Numbered from the stretch's first letter, positions 1 to 16,062 are shown. The stretch is DNA of 64,000 bases from the human T2T-CHM13v2.0 reference genome, Homo sapiens (GCF_009914755.1 NC_060934.1); one strand, 5' to 3'. Program-made: numbers and translations. Notes: generated by a model not told the origin, from the sequence alone.

Positions 1-130
1 CCTGCAGCCCCGGGCCCGGAGGCAAGGAGGCAGCGACCGCCACCGCCGCAGAGGACAATCGGGAGCCAGCGGGCTCGGCACCGCCGCGGCGGGCGCAGAA
101 CGCACGAGCCCAGTGGGAGCCCGGCCCCCG
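1..130 (-). other. MPP7: Non-coding first exon (5' UTR) running off the left edge of the window
   Basis: Minus strand reads GCTCCCACTGGGCTCGTGCGTTCTGCGCCCGCC...GGGGCTGCAGG, which I recall as the MPP7 5' UTR; a ZNF101 pseudogene ~35 kb away fits the remembered 10p12 neighbourhood. TSS position approximate; not database-verified. Confidence 0.65.
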
Positions 131-530
131 CCTCCAGCCCGGCTAGTAACCAACACGGCCCCCACCCTCGGAGGGGCGGGACCGCGGTTGGAGGGGCGGG
201 GCGGGGCTGCACCGCCCGCGGGTAAGAGGGGCCTGCTGATAGGCTGCGAAGGCGATAGGCGTCTCAGACTTGAAGACGCCTCTCCAGCAGAACTCCCTCA
301 TTGGTCGGCAAGAGAAAACAAAGCTGGGCTCTGATTGGTGACAGCTCTGTAGCTCCTCCTCATACCCGCAGTCCCCGCAAGTTCCACCCCTGCCCGCCCG
401 GTTCGCTCGCCCTTGGTTCCCACTCCCAGGTGGCTGCAGACTGGAGTGTGTTTCATGGACGAGCAACCTCCCTGAGGAGAACCCCGGATACGCAGGTTCA
501 TTCGCCAGATGCGAGTTTTCTTAAGCCGCT
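1..530. promoter_or_regulatory. MPP7: CpG-island promoter with GC boxes and tandem CCAAT boxes, for a minus-strand gene (probably MPP7)
   Basis: Very high GC and CpG density; GGGGCGGG Sp1 boxes at ~173-180 and ~193-206; ATTGG (CCAAT on minus) at 300-304 and 334-338. Confidence 0.8.
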
Positions 531-3458
531 GCGATTCTCTGATTTCAGTATGAACTTGGTGAATAACGTAATCTTTAACTTCCTTTGGATTCAGACAAGT
601 CTCCTAGGTTTAAAAATGCTGCATAAGATTGAGAGGGATATTGTTATGCACGAAAAAAGACATAAGGTGTTTTCACCTTTGGCGACACTGTAGGTGACTT
701 TTTCTTATTACCTTTTTGTGTTCCATATTGAACATGTACTACATGATTAGAAAAAAAAATTCTTAAATAGAAAAATGAGTAGGGTGCGGAGAATGGTAAA
801 GACAAACTTTAAGGAAATCCAGAGAACTGATTCTTTCACAATAGAAGAAAATACAGTAAACATGCTTAATATCTGAGGGCTACCCCGAAAAAACATGAAC
901 TGGTATCAGCGCCCTTCAGCTCTCTTAAAGAACTTTACATATGTGACCGAGGTGCCCCCATACTCCTTCCTATCATGTAACCAACACATAATGTGGACAG
1001 CACTACACTGCAAACAGAATTACAGGAAGACTCTTATAGGAAGAATTAGAATCCAAAGTACACAATCAATAAAGCTTTAGAAAAAGGGGTAGTAAAAAGC
1101 AGAAGACAAAAAAAAATCAGGTAATATAAATTGGAAAGCTCAGCTGATGGAGGGAATCATCAGAAAAAAAATAATGTGACAACACTTCAAGATGTGATAG
1201 AGACTTTGAATGGAAAGCTGAAGGGAGAGGAAGGGGATTGAGATAAGGATCAATGACCTGCAGTTAATATGAGCTCTCAGAACACATCCCCCAGAACTGG
1301 TGTCAGCCTAGAAGGCAAGAAGCATTTCTCACCTAGGGACCACTCTCACTTAACTCTCTCTAGCTGCCTTAACATTCTGTTTGTTCTTGTCATTCTCGCA
1401 AAGTTCTAAAACAGGCTATTTGAAATTAAGCACTTCCCCCCAGCAACTCCGTGAATTACGTAATAGTGAAAAATGGAGATAGACAAAAAGCAAACCTGAG
1501 GAAGGAAAGGAATGTTAAGGTAAACATAAACTTAAAGAGAAGTAAGGGCAAAACACCTGATAGAAAGAAGACAAGAAATTCTTTTTTCTCTCTTACTTCC
1601 TGAGAATAAAGTAAAGGTCTTTGGAGGACAGAATAACCTTATTGCCTAACAAAAAGAGTTTTTACCAAACCTTTCTAATAATAACTGTAATTCTAAACTG
1701 TAGTCTAAAAATACGTGTCCTAAAGTAAGTACTTTGAGCAAATAGTTTTGAGATCTAATATTTTTACATTGTGTAAGGAAAAGAAGAGGAACTTAGCCTA
1801 GTATGAACAAACTGTAGGGAATACCCTTCAAAAGTTTCTTCTACAATAACACCTGAAATTCCATCACTAACATTCTTTCACTGGGATTAAATAATGTATG
1901 TCTAAGATTATTCTTTTATTCATTTACTCATCAAACGTAATCAATATTAATCATCAAATACTAGATACTGCAATGAACGAGGCTTTCTACTAAGCACTCA
2001 GAGTATAGCCTTGAACAAGACAGACTTGCAGCTGTTTTTATCAGAAGATGGACAATGATCCAATAAAAAGATAAACTTCCAGACCGGGATCAGGGCAAAG
2101 AAGAAAACAGTGACCAGAGGGATGGGAGACACACTTAATTTTGGGAAAGGAGAAAAATGCTTTAAGGAGAAATGATCTAAGAGAAATGCTCTAAGATTTG
2201 AGGCACCACCTAAATAAGAAAACACCAACTTAGCAAAACTCCAGGGCAGATAAAATAGCAAGAACAAAGGACTTGAAGTAGGAAGAAAAGTGATGTATAG
2301 CAGGAACAGAGAGAAAGCCAGCATGGGTATCATGGTGCATAAGGAGAGTGCTACTAGACAGGTTGGAGAAGGAGGTGAGGACCTCGTAGGCAATGGTAAC
2401 TTTGTATTTTGTTACAAGGATTCCTGACGGGCAACATCGAGTTGCTGATAGTGGAGTAAAATCATTATTTTTTTTTTTCCTTTTTCAGAGTCACCAGTAA
2501 AATGAGCATTCATTCATTAAGCCAATCATCAGGAATGGATCTAGGAAGAACCTACTGTTTACTAGAAATAGGTTAGATCTGTGGATATAACAATGAATAA
2601 GACAAGACTGGTGGATCTATAGAGAAACTATTACTGCACAGGTGATGGGGAAATCAAGAGTACTATGGGGCCAAGGAGACTGTCCTGCAGCAAATGAGGA
2701 ATAAGCTGAAACATCAGTAGGAGCCATCCCAGAGAAAAGGGACAGGGTTCTAGATCCAGAGAACAACAGAAGAGCATTCAGCGCCTGCAAGGGAGCAGGG
2801 GATCTAATGCAAAGCCATTGCATAACCAGTCAACTTTCCCCACATCACAAGATTGCCTAGCCTGGATGGCCCCAGAATGTTGAAACAAATGTCTAATTAG
2901 TAACGACATTCTGAATGCTTGGGAGCTGAGCAAAATATGAGGAGAAGCAACCTGATTTTTGTTTCATATTATCATCTCCTTTATTCCAGCAACAAAAGAC
3001 ACTGAAAATAGTAAATGCCCACTTTCAACCATGACAGCCCTTTTAGGATAGTAACGGTGAGCAGTATTAATCCTATTTGACCAGAACTAGGGCAGAATTG
3101 AAGCCCCTGGAGTAGAGATCTGTTCTATTAGCCCCAGCCTTTCCGCCTGCTTCTTGGGATGGCTATCTTTACTTTATCAGTTGAGCCTCCAGCATTAGCA
3201 GATACCTATAAGGGAAGAGATCCAGCCCTCACTATGGAGGGCCAGAAAGAGAAAGCACCAGACATTAGGAAATGTCAAAGTATCTCAGTACATCCAGCTG
3301 ATTAGTGACAGATAAGTCAAAATTTGCAGCAACTAAATAAATCAAAAAGTAGATTTTAAAATGTGATCTTTGAAATATTTGGCACAATGCTTCAAAGCCA
3401 CTGAAAAGCTATCTCTTCACCCTAATAGAGGACAGAAATTCATTAGATAGACAGAAGA

Positions 3459-3743
3459 GGCTGCATACAGTAGCCCATGCCCATAATCTCAACAACTTTG
3501 GAGGCCAAGGTGGAAAGATTACTTGAGGCCAGGAAATCAACACCAGCCTGAGCAACATAGCAAGACATCTTTACAAAAAATTTAAAAATTAGCCAGGTTT
3601 GGTGGTGTGCAGCTGTAGTCCTAGCTACTCGGGAGGCTGAGGTGGGAGGATTGCTTGAGGCCAGGAGTTCTAGGCTGCAGTGAACAGAGATTTTGCCACT
3701 GCGTTCCAGCCTGGGCAACAGAGTAAGACCCTGTCTCTAAAAT
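3459..3743 (+). mobile_element. AluJ
   Basis: Dimeric Alu, GGAGGATTGCTTGAG/GAGACCCTGTCTC J-type motifs. Confidence 0.9.
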
Positions 3744-3747
3744 AGAT

Positions 3748-3779
<32 letters not shown>

Positions 3780-3870
3780 TGATAGATAATAGATAGTTGA
3801 TAGATAGATGATAGATAATAGATAGTTGATAGATAGATAATAGATCGTTGATTGATAGATTAGATAGATG
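3743..3870. repeat. Compound (GATA)n/(GA)n microsatellite grown from the Alu tail
   Basis: atagatagatagagagag...gatagatagata. Confidence 0.9.
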
Positions 3871-5725
3871 TATAATAGAACCCAAAGGCAAAAATAAGTT
3901 AGTCCTCAGGAAGACCCAGATCGCAGACCTGAAAAGCCAGGAGGAACTCAATGGAATTTTTTTCCATAGCAGGTGCTCTCTCTACACCTGTGCTCTATTC
4001 TCCTATTCTGATAACCAGCCCCTGGCTCCTATGTCCCAGTGTCAGAGAAATGATGTTCCAGAGCTGCACCCACAAGGACTAAATCACCTGCCTAACCCTA
4101 ACCCTAATCATAGATGATGGGGGCTGCAGGGGACCAGTATGGCTGCCAGGGCCCATCCCTGTTTATGAGCAGAGGTTTCCCAGAGAAGACACACTGGGCA
4201 GATTACCAGACACGCATTCATTGCACCCCTGACATTTTCAATCGCCAGTCAATGAGGCTTCCTTTCTAGTTACTGAAAGTCTTCACCTGCTGTTTATAGT
4301 AAACTGGAGACCTAGAGGCCAAGGCCGAAGGCTTGGATGGTAATTTCCCACATTCTCTGGAAATCTTTCTACTTCAGTTGGCTTCCAGACACCCAGTACC
4401 CTTGTGTGTTCCAGTTTCAAGTTGCCATTCTTGTTCAGGTCTTCTAGTAATTTCCTGTTTCCCTATCTGAAGTGTACCTCCTGACATCAATGTATTCAAA
4501 GAGCAAATGCTCCTGCCAAATCTATGAGTGTCAGTGAACTAGCCTGCTGCTCTGGGCTCAGATGAGACCAGCTTGCAGAACAAGCAGGACAGAGGCGTGA
4601 AGGGAAGCAGATGGCAAACCTCGATCTGCCACCATCCCTTCCACAGGCATTCCGTATGAGGACATCTGTCCCCACCCCTGGATGAAAACTTGGGTGATCC
4701 CGAAATTTTTCTGATTGCTCACAGGTAATAAAAATCATTTGGTCAGTTTAAATCACAATATACAGCTTTAATTTTAATGTAAATGCCATTGATCAACACT
4801 TTCAAGCTTCATTCACAGTTAAACTTTCCCTCTGCTTCCCCAGAAAGGGTCCCATGCAGCCAAGCTATGGAACTCCAAAAAGGGGGAAAGGATCCTTCTC
4901 TCTATCCCCCTAGAATCCCCTTCAAATTCAGGTTGCAAAAAGAAGGGGGAAGAGTCCAGGACTAGCAAGTTCATGCTTAACTGGTGCATTGCTAGCAGGG
5001 GTTGCTCTCCAAGCCTGGACAATGACTAAAATGTGCGCTTCCTTCTTGGGTCCTTTCTTGGGTTCTTAGAGACCTGTACTTGAAACATCCAACTCCACTT
5101 CTCTTGACCTGAGCAATGCAATTTTCTCTAACACTTCCCCTCGCTTTCTCATTCCCTGCAAGTCACTTTATAGTCTCCTGTTGCAGGGGAAGAAGGGAAA
5201 TGGTCGCTAGGCTGCTCCAGGTGATCCTTGTAGGCAGGATTTAAACTCCTTCAGCCCAGCTGTCTCTAACAAACAGCTGTTATCTGGTCCTTCAGACATT
5301 CATCCATACTTTACGCCCATGGTTGGTAAAAGTGCAGCTGGCTGTGTGCAGACTGGTCTTCAGTGTTCTCTCTCTCCACCACTGCCCCACTGCTGCCTCA
5401 AGCCAGTATCTTCAGCCTCTCCACTTGAGATTTGTCTCCAAATACCAGGGGACACAAATCAAGTTGCCTTCCTGGTCTGCCTCACTGACACTGCCTCTCT
5501 AGTGAGTTTAAGGAGAAAGGTCTCAAAGAAGTAGGAGTTACAGAATTGCTTTCTTCAGAGAAAACATCTTCATAGATTCTTTCCTGAACTCCACTTCCTC
5601 TGCCCTTTTATGATCCTATTTTGGGTGAGGCACTTTTAAGAGTCACCAAGGGGCTAGGATATTTCCTTTTAAGATTTGCTTCTTGCTCTGACAACTTATT
5701 TTGGAATGTCACACCTATTAATTAT

Positions 5726-5990
<265 letters not shown>

Positions 5991-6284
5991 TTAATTAACA
6001 CCAAGGACACAGGACTAAGAAAATTGGAAAACTCTAAAACTAGTCAGAAACTGCTATTTGATGATCAATGAGAATGGAACACCCACTCTTGCCTGGATGA
6101 TTCAAGCCTGAGGATCACTTGACCCAAGGAAGCAGTCTTTATTTCCAGCCTTCAGTTCAGAGATGTGGGGACCCAGCATTCCACATTTAACTTTATGGTC
6201 TCCAAGGAAACAGAACTCTGAATCTGTCACACCAGAACTCATGTTAATAAAAATATTACTAAATGTTAAGAAGATACTACTCAC

Positions 6285-6549
<265 letters not shown>

Positions 6550-6743
6550 TCAGTCTATCACAACACTGTTTCCTTCCAATTCCTTCTCCCAGTTCCTACA
6601 AGAAGGCTACTTTTTCCCTTGGTGAGACCCTCTGTGGGTTCCTTGGAGCACTCCCCCTTGTTACGAGCTCATAAACCCAACCAAGTTAGACTGCAGGTTT
6701 GTCTCTGATGGTGTTTGGCTGTTGAACTTTATCATTAACAACC

Positions 6744-7453
<710 letters not shown>

Positions 7454-7942
7454 CAGCCAGTTCTTCCCAGCTCAGGTTCCTGCTCCACTCTCCCATGTTC
7501 TGTCTTCATGCCTGCATCTCCTTCTGTTGCGCTGTCACACGAACTCGTTGCCACCATGGTACCATCACGAATCACCCAGAATCCAGCAACTTTCAATTAT
7601 ATACCATTAAAAATACCATAAACATGTGCATATGCAGGAACAATCATATTAATAGTTTCAAACATAAGAAAAAACTAATTTCCTTATACCATTAATTTGC
7701 AACAGTATTAAAATTACCTGAAGAGCCTTTTCAAATTATGCAAGCACTGAGATGCTAATTCAATGCTTCTTAACAGGCTCTCCCCAAATGCACACACCTG
7801 GATCTACCTCATTACAGCAGTGATCCTGTTGGTGATGGTAGAGGACCCTCAGGTATTTTTGGGAAAAAGCTATAAACCACTTTACCCCTCACTGATCTGA
7901 TAGACTCATTGGAATTCTAAGTCTATAAGTGTGGGGAATATA

Positions 7943-8023
7943 TTTGGTTGGTGCAAAAGCAATTGCGGGTTTTGCCATTTAAAAGTAATGGCAAAACCGT
8001 TAATTAATTTTGCATCAACCTAA
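7943..8023. mobile_element. MADE1 mariner (Hsmar1-derived) MITE
   Basis: 80-bp palindrome GGTTGGTGCAAAAG...TTTTGCCATT/AATGGCAAAA...TTTTGCATCAACCTAA, TA at left flank. Confidence 0.9.
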
Positions 8024-8694
8024 AATATTTTTCTCTTAGCTAAAATTACAGGTTTGATCTTGCTTATAAATAAAACTGTCCCCACAATGTCAGGGGCTTT
8101 GTTTGACTTATTCACTATGGGATCCTCAGTGGCTTACAGGTTGGAGACATAGCAAGAATCTAGTGAAGATTTACTGAACTAACTCATTTGGAACTCATTT
8201 TAAAATGAAAGAGTTTTCATCAACCAGTTGTACCTGAGCAAGAAACATTTATCTAAAGTATTAGCAGTGACTGTGATCCATTATATTTATTTTTTTCTAT
8301 TTGGCAACCCTTCAAGATTGATTTTCCATGTGGTTTGCAATTGGCTGCATACTCAAGGACTTCTGTATGTAAACTGAGAGTGATCTAATAACTCTGAGGC
8401 ATACGGGTGTGAATGACAGCATGATGTGTGGGTGTCTGAAGTTGGATTGCTAGCGACCTCATGAATACCTCTATACCAATTTATATGTGGTCCCCAGCAT
8501 AGTATGTGACCATATGTGTTACAGTAACATAGTCAAGAACTTCTTAAATAAAACACAATAAAGAGACTGATAATTACGTAAATGCTGGTATGCTAACCTG
8601 AGGAGCCTCTGCCTGTTTGTGATTTAGTCTTTGATTATTCAAACAAGTTGTGTCCGGTAATATATATATGTCCATTTGATTGAAATATACATAT

Positions 8695-8831
8695 AGCTGA
8701 GCATGGTGGCTCATACGTGTGATCCCAGCAATTTGGAAGGCTGAGGTAGGAGGATTGCTTGAACCCAAGAATTCAAGACCAACATGGGCAACATAGCAAG
8801 ACCCCATCTCTACAAAAATTAAAAAATTAAA
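8695..8831 (+). mobile_element. FLAM / Alu left monomer
   Basis: Left-arm-only Alu. Confidence 0.85.
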
Positions 8832-8851
8832 TAGAATGCATAGATGTGTTA

Positions 8852-8853
<2 letters not shown>

Positions 8854-8878
<25 letters not shown>
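8854..8878. repeat. (CA)n microsatellite
   Basis: Direct reading. Confidence 0.9.
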
Positions 8879-8883
<5 letters not shown>

Positions 8884-9069
8884 TGAGATTCTCATGTCAA
8901 CTAATGCTCCGTCCTCCCTCTTGCCCATGTCTAGAAAGCTTTAAGTTGAACCAGTTTGGATACTTTTAAAATACTCTTTTATCTATAGTGTTTGAAGTTG
9001 GGATTATAAAATAATTTTTTAACTTGCATTTAGCTTTTTTAAAAAAAAGATCAAATTTTTTTCTGGCAT

Positions 9070-9604
9070 TGTGTCCAGAATTGGTTCCTTCCAGCAGGTT
9101 TACGGTCTGGCTGACTTCAAGAATGGAGATGGTCCTTATTAACAGCTCTTAAAGATGGCACGGACACAAAGAGTGAGCAGCAGCAAGATTTATTGTGAAG
9201 AGCGAAAGAACAAAGCTTCCACAGCGTGAAAGGGTACCTGAGCTGGTTGTCGCTGCTGGCTGGGATGGCCAGCCTTTATTCCCTTTTTTGTCCCCTCGCA
9301 TGTTCTGTTTCTGTCCTATCAGAGTGCCCTTTTTTCAGTCCTCCCCACGATTGGCTACTTTTAGACTCCTGCTGATTGGTTGTGTTTTACAGAGCACTGA
9401 TTGGTGCATTTTACAGAGTGCTGATTGGTGTGTTTTACAGAGCACTGATTCGTGCATTTTACAATCCTCTTGCTAGCTACAGAGCGCTAATTGGTGCATT
9501 TTACAATCCTAGCTACAGGGTGCTGATTGGTGCGTTTTACAATCCTCCTGTAAGACAAAAGTTCTCCAAGTTGATCCAGGAAGTCCAGCTGGCTTCACCT
9601 CTCA
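9070..9604 (-). mobile_element. LTR12-family (ERV9) solo LTR
   Basis: TG...CA termini, 4-bp TSD GCAT (9066-9069 / 9605-9608), GAGTGAGCAGCAGCAAGATTTATT motif, tandem CTGATTGGT...TTTTACA units. Confidence 0.9.
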
Positions 9605-10315
9605 GCATGATTATAAATTGAGAACACTTCTACCTTGTACCAAAAAAACCAGTCTCAACACTTTTTAGCCATACTCATTAAGAACAAAATACGTGAACAC
9701 TTTGTAACACGTATAATTGGAATAAGCATTTTATATTCAGAAAGAAGGCCAGTGATGGAAACGTTGAGAAAAAAATACATAGTGAGATGAGTCATTCAGA
9801 ATTTAGATTTAATTAAGCTCAGTCATCTTTGTACTTACCATGTTGATCTCCCAAGGGAGCATCGCAAGCAAAGTGACTCTTGCACCACTTATGTTATCCT
9901 AGAAACTATGCCAGCATTAATTAATTTGTGCTGACCTGGAAAGCAGAAGCTTCCTTATCTCGCCACTTGAAAACTAAGTAACTCCTTGTTCCACGTTGAA
10001 GATTAGGAAACTTGCAAGGATGAGCTACAGCAACATAGAAAACAGCACCCCCACAGCAGGAGGGGCAGTTTGAGGATGTGCACACAGAGGGGATGTTTCC
10101 AGGACCCAGGCTTCACTTCCAGCAAAGATGTTACTTTAGAAGATGGGACTCTTTCGCTTAATTGTGTCTATTTTCTTAACTCACAGCTTTCTCCTGTCTA
10201 GCACCTTTATCCAAAAATTCCCTGTCCCTGGTATATGAGCAGAAAACAAAGGAACTTAATAGTTAACTCTCTGATACATATGAGTGCAAATTCTACAATT
10301 AAAAAAATAAAGCCA

Positions 10316-10619
10316 GGCTGGGTCTGATGGCTTATGCCTGTAATCCCAGCACTTTGGGAGGCCGAGGCAGGAAGATCACTTGAGGTCAGGAGTTGGAGAC
10401 CAGCCTGATCAACATGGTGAAACCCCGTTTCTACAAATAATACAAAAATTAGCTGGGCGTGGTGACACACACCTGTAATCCCAGCTACTCAGGAAGCTGA
10501 GGCAGGAGAATCTCTTGAACCTGGGAGGCAGATGTTGCAGTGAGCCTAGATTACACCACTGCACTCCAGACTGGGCGACAGAGCAAGACTCTGTCTCAGA
10601 AAGATAAAATAAAAAAAAA
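10316..10619 (+). mobile_element. AluS
   Basis: Full dimer. Confidence 0.92.
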
Positions 10620-10792
10620 GGAAACAAAAAGACAGAGATATCCTAAATAGTGACAAATTTAAGAATGTAAGATATACATAATATAGCTGAAGAATTGACT
10701 AAAGAGGTTAATATCCCCGCAGAGAAGAACGATTTATGAAATTTATAATTTAAGGCTCTAATTATGCTCTGTAAACAACCAAATAATAACTT

Positions 10793-11084
<292 letters not shown>

Positions 11085-11244
11085 ACGGAATAACCTTGTA
11101 AACTAAGAGCTTCCATGCTGTTTAGAATGGCTGGCTCCTGTTAGCAAATGCTAAATATTCTAATTTCCACACTATTTGATTTTTCTTAGGTTCTATCAAT
11201 ATTATTATGCATTACGATACTTCATCTTAAGTCATTAATAACTG

Positions 11245-11350
11245 TCATTCATTCAACAAACATTTACTGAGCACCTACTATGTGCCAGGTAGTGTGGTGG
11301 GTTCTGGATTGGTGGGAAAGAATACAAACATGTTTAGGCCAAAATCCATA
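11245..11350 (-). mobile_element. L2 3' end
   Basis: CATTCATTCAACAAACATTTACTGAGCACCTACTATGTGCCAGG. Confidence 0.8.
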
Positions 11351-11945
11351 GCCTCTCAGAGTTCACAGAATTCTGATTTGTGCATTTGCAATCATTGTCA
11401 AAACAGGCATTTGCCTCAGGCCCTGTCCATCTCCAGTGTAACATAAGGATTATACAAGCAAATGAACTGTAGAATGCAGCAGGAAACAAAAGAAAACAAG
11501 GCAGATAGTTTCTGAATAGGATTAATGGCACCGCCTCCTGGAGTGGGCTTGATGAAAGAGCTGGTGTTGCAGGAGTTCTAGCTTCCGCGTATGTTCACTA
11601 AAGGCAGAGAATCTAGAATGAAGTCCAAACGATTTTGAGAACAATCGCAAAGTGTTGAAGAATCTCCAAAGAAGAAGCATGTTCAGTAAGATTGGAACAC
11701 TGAATGACAATTCTACCTTAGACACTAAAGCTAGTGGTGTGAGCTTGGACATCTCATTTACTTTTCTGAGGCCATTTCCTTATTAATAATTTATGTGCAG
11801 TGATTAATCCACCCAAGAAGTTACAAACTGAAGTTATTCAGGGTGAGCACAAAGTTTGTAGAAATTTTGATTTGTTGCCAACATTTCAAAATCAGGAGAT
11901 TTCTTGGAAAAGTTCAACTCACAAGTTTCTATTTTTAAGAAAAAA

Positions 11946-12225
11946 GGCCGGACACAGTGGCTCACACCTGTAATCCCAGCACTTTGGGAAGCCAAGGCAG
12001 GAGAATCTCTTGAGGCTGAGAGTTTAAGGCCACCCTGAGCAACATAGCAAGACCCAATATCTACAAAAAATATAAAAATTAGCCAGGTGTGGTGGTACAC
12101 ACCTGTAGAACCAGCTACCTGGTAGGCTGGGACAGAAAGATTGCTTGAGCCCAGGAGTTTAAGGCTGCAGCAAGCTGTGATTGCACAACTGAACTCCAGC
12201 CTGGGTGACAGCCTGGAGACCCTGT
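11946..12225 (+). mobile_element. AluJ
   Basis: Full dimer. Confidence 0.9.
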
Positions 12226-12475
12226 GAAAGAAAGACAGAAAGAGAGAGAGAGAAAAACAAAGAGAAGGAGGGAAGAAAGGAAGGAAGGATGGAAGGAAGG
12301 AAGGGAGGGAGGGAGGAAGGGAGAAAGGAAGGAAGGGAGGGAGGGAAAAGAAAGAAGGAGGGGGGAGGGAGAGAGGGAGAAAGGAAAAAAGGAAGGAAGG
12401 AAAGAGAGGGAAAGAAGGAGGGAGGGAAGGAGGGAGGAAGGAGGGAAGGAAGGAAGAGAGGGAGGGAGGGAAGGT
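12226..12475. repeat. GA-rich polypurine tract (GGAA/GGGA)
   Basis: ~250 bp almost entirely purine. Confidence 0.9.
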
Positions 12476-12729
12476 TGACCCACACCTCCGTGTGGCAGTG
12501 TTTACCTGAAGCAGAGCGTTGTGCCCCCTTTTCGAGCTGGCATGTGCTTTGCAGTCTGTGGCGCACCCTGCCCACTGGCCTCACTCATCCTCCCACTTTC
12601 CTCCTGGCCACTGCAGACATTTGAGTTTGCGTCTCCTGAACTGGATGGTTTTTAAGGGCTTCTTTTAGTTGTTGAAAGCTACAGGAACTGTTTCAAGGTA
12701 ATATAAATTAAAAATATGTATGTTGCTGA

Positions 12730-13750
<1,021 letters not shown>

Positions 13751-14290
13751 CAGATGATATATACGTATGGAGTTGTATGTAGACATGCATATGAAGGATA
13801 CTGGTGTATCTCAAGGAATCAGTGGAAGATTTGAACACTCAAGACTTGAGTAGGAAAAGTTAAGTTTTCAGCAGCTCTTTCCTGTACGGCGCTCGCTGCC
13901 TTTAACGTGACTCAGCTCTGTCCTCTGTCAGGCTTTGAGTCTCTCTGTTCCATATTTCAAATTTGTCAAAGAGAAAAGCTCATTACTTCAGCCTGGGGAG
14001 GAGTCTGAGCCTGGATCTGTGAGTCCTGGTCAGGGTTCTGTGGGAGAATCCTGCTGCTGTACCCACGCATGTATATAAGTGATCATTTTCATAAAAGGGG
14101 GAAGAACTGTGAGCCAGAAAGTTCTGAAGTGCCAAGAAGGTGATGCAAGGGAAAGGCTTCACTGATGAAGTCAATATCCTAAAAATTAAGGGCAGATATT
14201 CCAAAACAAAGAGCATCCTTGTCATTAGCATCTGCCATTTATACACGCTAGAAAAGCTTCTATGCTAATCCCAGAATTTACAAAATTTTA

Positions 14291-14616
<326 letters not shown>

Positions 14617-15284
14617 GGGTAAAAAATTGTTTTCGGTAAAGATTGATTTAGCTCCCAAGTAGTCATGTCAGCTCTCCTGACTTCTAACCACAATTGCTTT
14701 TATTTTTAAATAAAACCATATTAAAGGAAAAGTCTAAAGTAGTCACATGTAATAGTAACCTTGCAAATTTCACCACATTGATACAGTGGCAGGAAAGTGA
14801 GTTAAATGCAGACCAGCTAAGAGAGGCATGGGGTAGGTCACGATTTCAGGGTGGCCGCCATGCCTGGTCCAAGCAGTTGCTGCCTTGGCACTAATTAGGA
14901 AAAGGCACTCTTCCTCAAGATGTTTTCCTTCCATTTGTTGGAAAATTCTTATGCTATGCTGCTTCGATTAGAGCAAGACACTTCACTGACATCTGCCAGG
15001 AATGTGTCATAATAAAAATACAAATGTGTGATGCTTACGCCATGACTGCAGTACCCTGTGCAGTACACAAGCTGCACAACCATATGCTGTTGTTCCGGGT
15101 GCCATCGCCTATTATGAGCATGTGTCATCTATTTAGAGCCTTGGCAACCTCAAACTTACTTTCATGCCTCACTATATATACTTCTCCCAAAAGAGCGGGC
15201 ATTCCAACTACCATGGGAAATCATGATTTTGTTTACCTTGAACTGAAATAAAGAATCCCACTCTTGGACTGATCTATAATTGCA

Positions 15285-15400
15285 ATTTCCTCAACCGTAA
15301 CAGAGGAAATAATAACACCCATTGAACAGGGATGTTATGATCATTAAATGAGACGACACTTCAAAGCACTGAGCACAGTGGCTGACAGATAATGAGGTCT
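15285..15400 (+). mobile_element. MIR fragment
   Basis: TTTCCTCA..GTAA...AATAA...TTATGA..ATTAAATGAGA...AAAGCACTGAGCACAGTG core. Confidence 0.6.
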
Positions 15401-15479
15401 CCACTGAGGCTTGGTTCTTCTTCCTTCTCTGTGTAACATAACACAGCACAGTCAAGCTTCTCTGTTGAAAAGCAATAGG

Positions 15480-15782
<303 letters not shown>

Positions 15783-16062
15783 GCAATAGGATTATTCCTG
15801 TGAAAGTACTCTTAGATACATAGCCCTGCCCTTCTAGTTGTCGGATGATGGAAAGGTTTTTTACTTGCCTTGCTTAAGTGAAGCCAAATTCAAATCTCAT
15901 ACACCATCTGTAGACAAGCAGTGTGTGTTTTCTCTTCACAAGTTACATGCAAGAAGCAGTTTATAACTTCTATTTGTGAAAGAACCAATTTGTAAATGTA
16001 ATATGATGCTTTAGAAATCTGTGTCAAAGACATATTTTTCCTTGAAACATATTTGAATGTTT

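Noticed and set aside
113-693. Overlapping ORFs (67-130 aa) in the CpG island
   Set aside because: GC-rich stop-poor sequence with mostly non-ATG starts and no recognisable domain; consistent with promoter and 5' UTR
9360-9545. Regularly spaced ~22-bp repeats resembling a CRISPR-like array
   Set aside because: Known tandem CCAAT units of the LTR12 U3 region; no unique spacers; eukaryotic DNA
12115-12624. E/G/R/K-rich and L/P/S/F-rich ORFs (also 43980-44363 and 56556-56741)
   Set aside because: Translations of purine simple repeats
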